The notes under the pieces are model-generated. The model was given only the letters and a program-made list of their open reading frames with translations. It did no database searches and was not told the DNA's origin. Positions 63,568 to 64,000 of a stretch of 64,000 nt of DNA are shown piece after piece. Position numbers and translations under genes: made by a program. Numbering within the stretch: position 1 is the first letter of the stretch; each line of letters starts with the position of its first letter. The stretch is from Patescibacteria group bacterium (GTDB lineage Bacteria > Patescibacteriota > Patescibacteriia > Patescibacteriales > UBA12465). The stretch covers positions 64,691-128,690 of the forward strand of contig JBAZTY010000001.1 of NCBI GenBank assembly GCA_041661685.1, given 5' to 3'.

Positions 63568-63597
63568 AATTACGTCAGGTGCGTAATTTTTTTATTT
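63568..63597 (+). promoter_or_regulatory. Terminator-like hairpin in the typA leader (possible attenuator)
   Basis: AATTACG TCAGGTG CGTAATT followed by TTTTTTATTTT. Sits between the promoter and the ATG at 63620. Confidence 0.35.
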
Positions 63598-63619
63598 TAT
63601 TTAATCTTAGCCTTATCAT

Positions 63620-64000
63620 ATGGAAATCAGAAACATTGCCATCATCGCTCACGTTGACCATGGCAAAACGACCTTAACCGACGCTTTAATGAAGCAGACT
63701 GGCATGAATGACAGCGGCGCCAGCATGGACTCTAACGATCTTGAAAAAGAGCGCGGCATCACGATTTATTCCAAGAATACCTCGGTCTTTTATCGCGATA
63801 CTAAGATCAATATTGTCGACACTCCCGGGCACGCCGATTTCAGTTCCGAGGTTGAGCGTATTTTACGTTCTATCGATTGCGTCCTATTACTGGTCGACGC
63901 TCAGGAAGGCCCGATGCCGCAGACCAAATTTGTTTTGAAAAAATCTTTAGAGCTCGGCATCAAGCCGATTGTCGTCATCAATAAGATTGATAAGCCGGCC
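63620..64000 (+). CDS. typA: GTP-binding protein TypA/BipA, N-terminal fragment (continues past the window)
   Basis: Hand translation gives [28 protein letters not shown]...DTPGHADF...NKIDKPA. No stop codon before nt 64000. Confidence 0.9.
   Translation, partial: MEIRNIAIIAHVDHGKTTLTDALMKQTGMNDSGASMDSNDLEKERGITIYSKNTSVFYRDTKINIVDTPGHADFSSEVERILRSIDCVLLLVDAQEGPMPQTKFVLKKSLELGIKPIVVINKIDKPA

Noticed and set aside
1-64000. CRISPR arrays, rRNA genes, transposases or IS elements, prophage genes
   Set aside because: No regularly spaced direct repeats were seen. There are no rRNA-like conserved stretches and no transposase or integrase motifs in any ORF. All non-coding gaps are shorter than 300 nt.

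Overview
The window looks like one contiguous chromosomal segment from a small-genome bacterium resembling the Candidate Phyla Radiation (CPR, Patescibacteria). That assignment is inferred from four things: no L30 gene between rpsE and rplO, a truncated ComEC, AlaRS and RpoA, archaeal-type ProRS and AspRS, and mostly Shine-Dalgarno-less genes. About 85 CDS are present and nearly all are on the + strand. They cover peptidoglycan precursor genes (murG', murC, murB), five aminoacyl-tRNA synthetases (proS, alaS, aspS, asnS), and an unusually arranged ribosomal super-cluster. That cluster runs infA-rpmJ-rpsM-rpsK-rpsD-rpoA-rplQ-rplM-rpsI at 10.3-14.5 kb, then rpsL-rpsG-fusA-X-tuf-rpsJ...rplO-secY at 19.3-35.5 kb. 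Also present are prfB, comEC, map, ruvX, recO, scpAB, dnaG, rpoD, greA, an ABC-F ATPase and the start of typA. No rRNA genes and no CRISPR array were seen. The strongest non-routine signal is at 53.4-53.7 kb on the minus strand: a tRNA-Asn(GUU) gene split in its anticodon loop by a 238-nt ORF-less group I intron with recognisable P1, P7 and GNRA-hairpin core elements. The last 20 nt of that tRNA are repeated 1.56 kb away. The two copies bracket an AT-rich islet (51.8-53.4 kb) that holds two unknown genes and no integrase. Other points worth a second look are listed here.
- A radical SAM/SPASM enzyme is co-transcribed with proS and has no visible precursor peptide.
- RpoA lacks the alpha C-terminal domain.
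- AlaRS lacks the C-Ala domain and has CxxxN in place of the editing-site CxxxH.
- Start codons show a pervasive YAT-ATG context, often CATATG, instead of a Shine-Dalgarno sequence.
- Short motifs recur in the spacers between ribosomal-protein genes.
- A MazF-like toxin has no antitoxin ORF but faces a promoter/terminator-bounded candidate small RNA.
- A degenerate stand-alone IMP-cyclohydrolase-like domain and an orphan ACP-like carrier protein are present.
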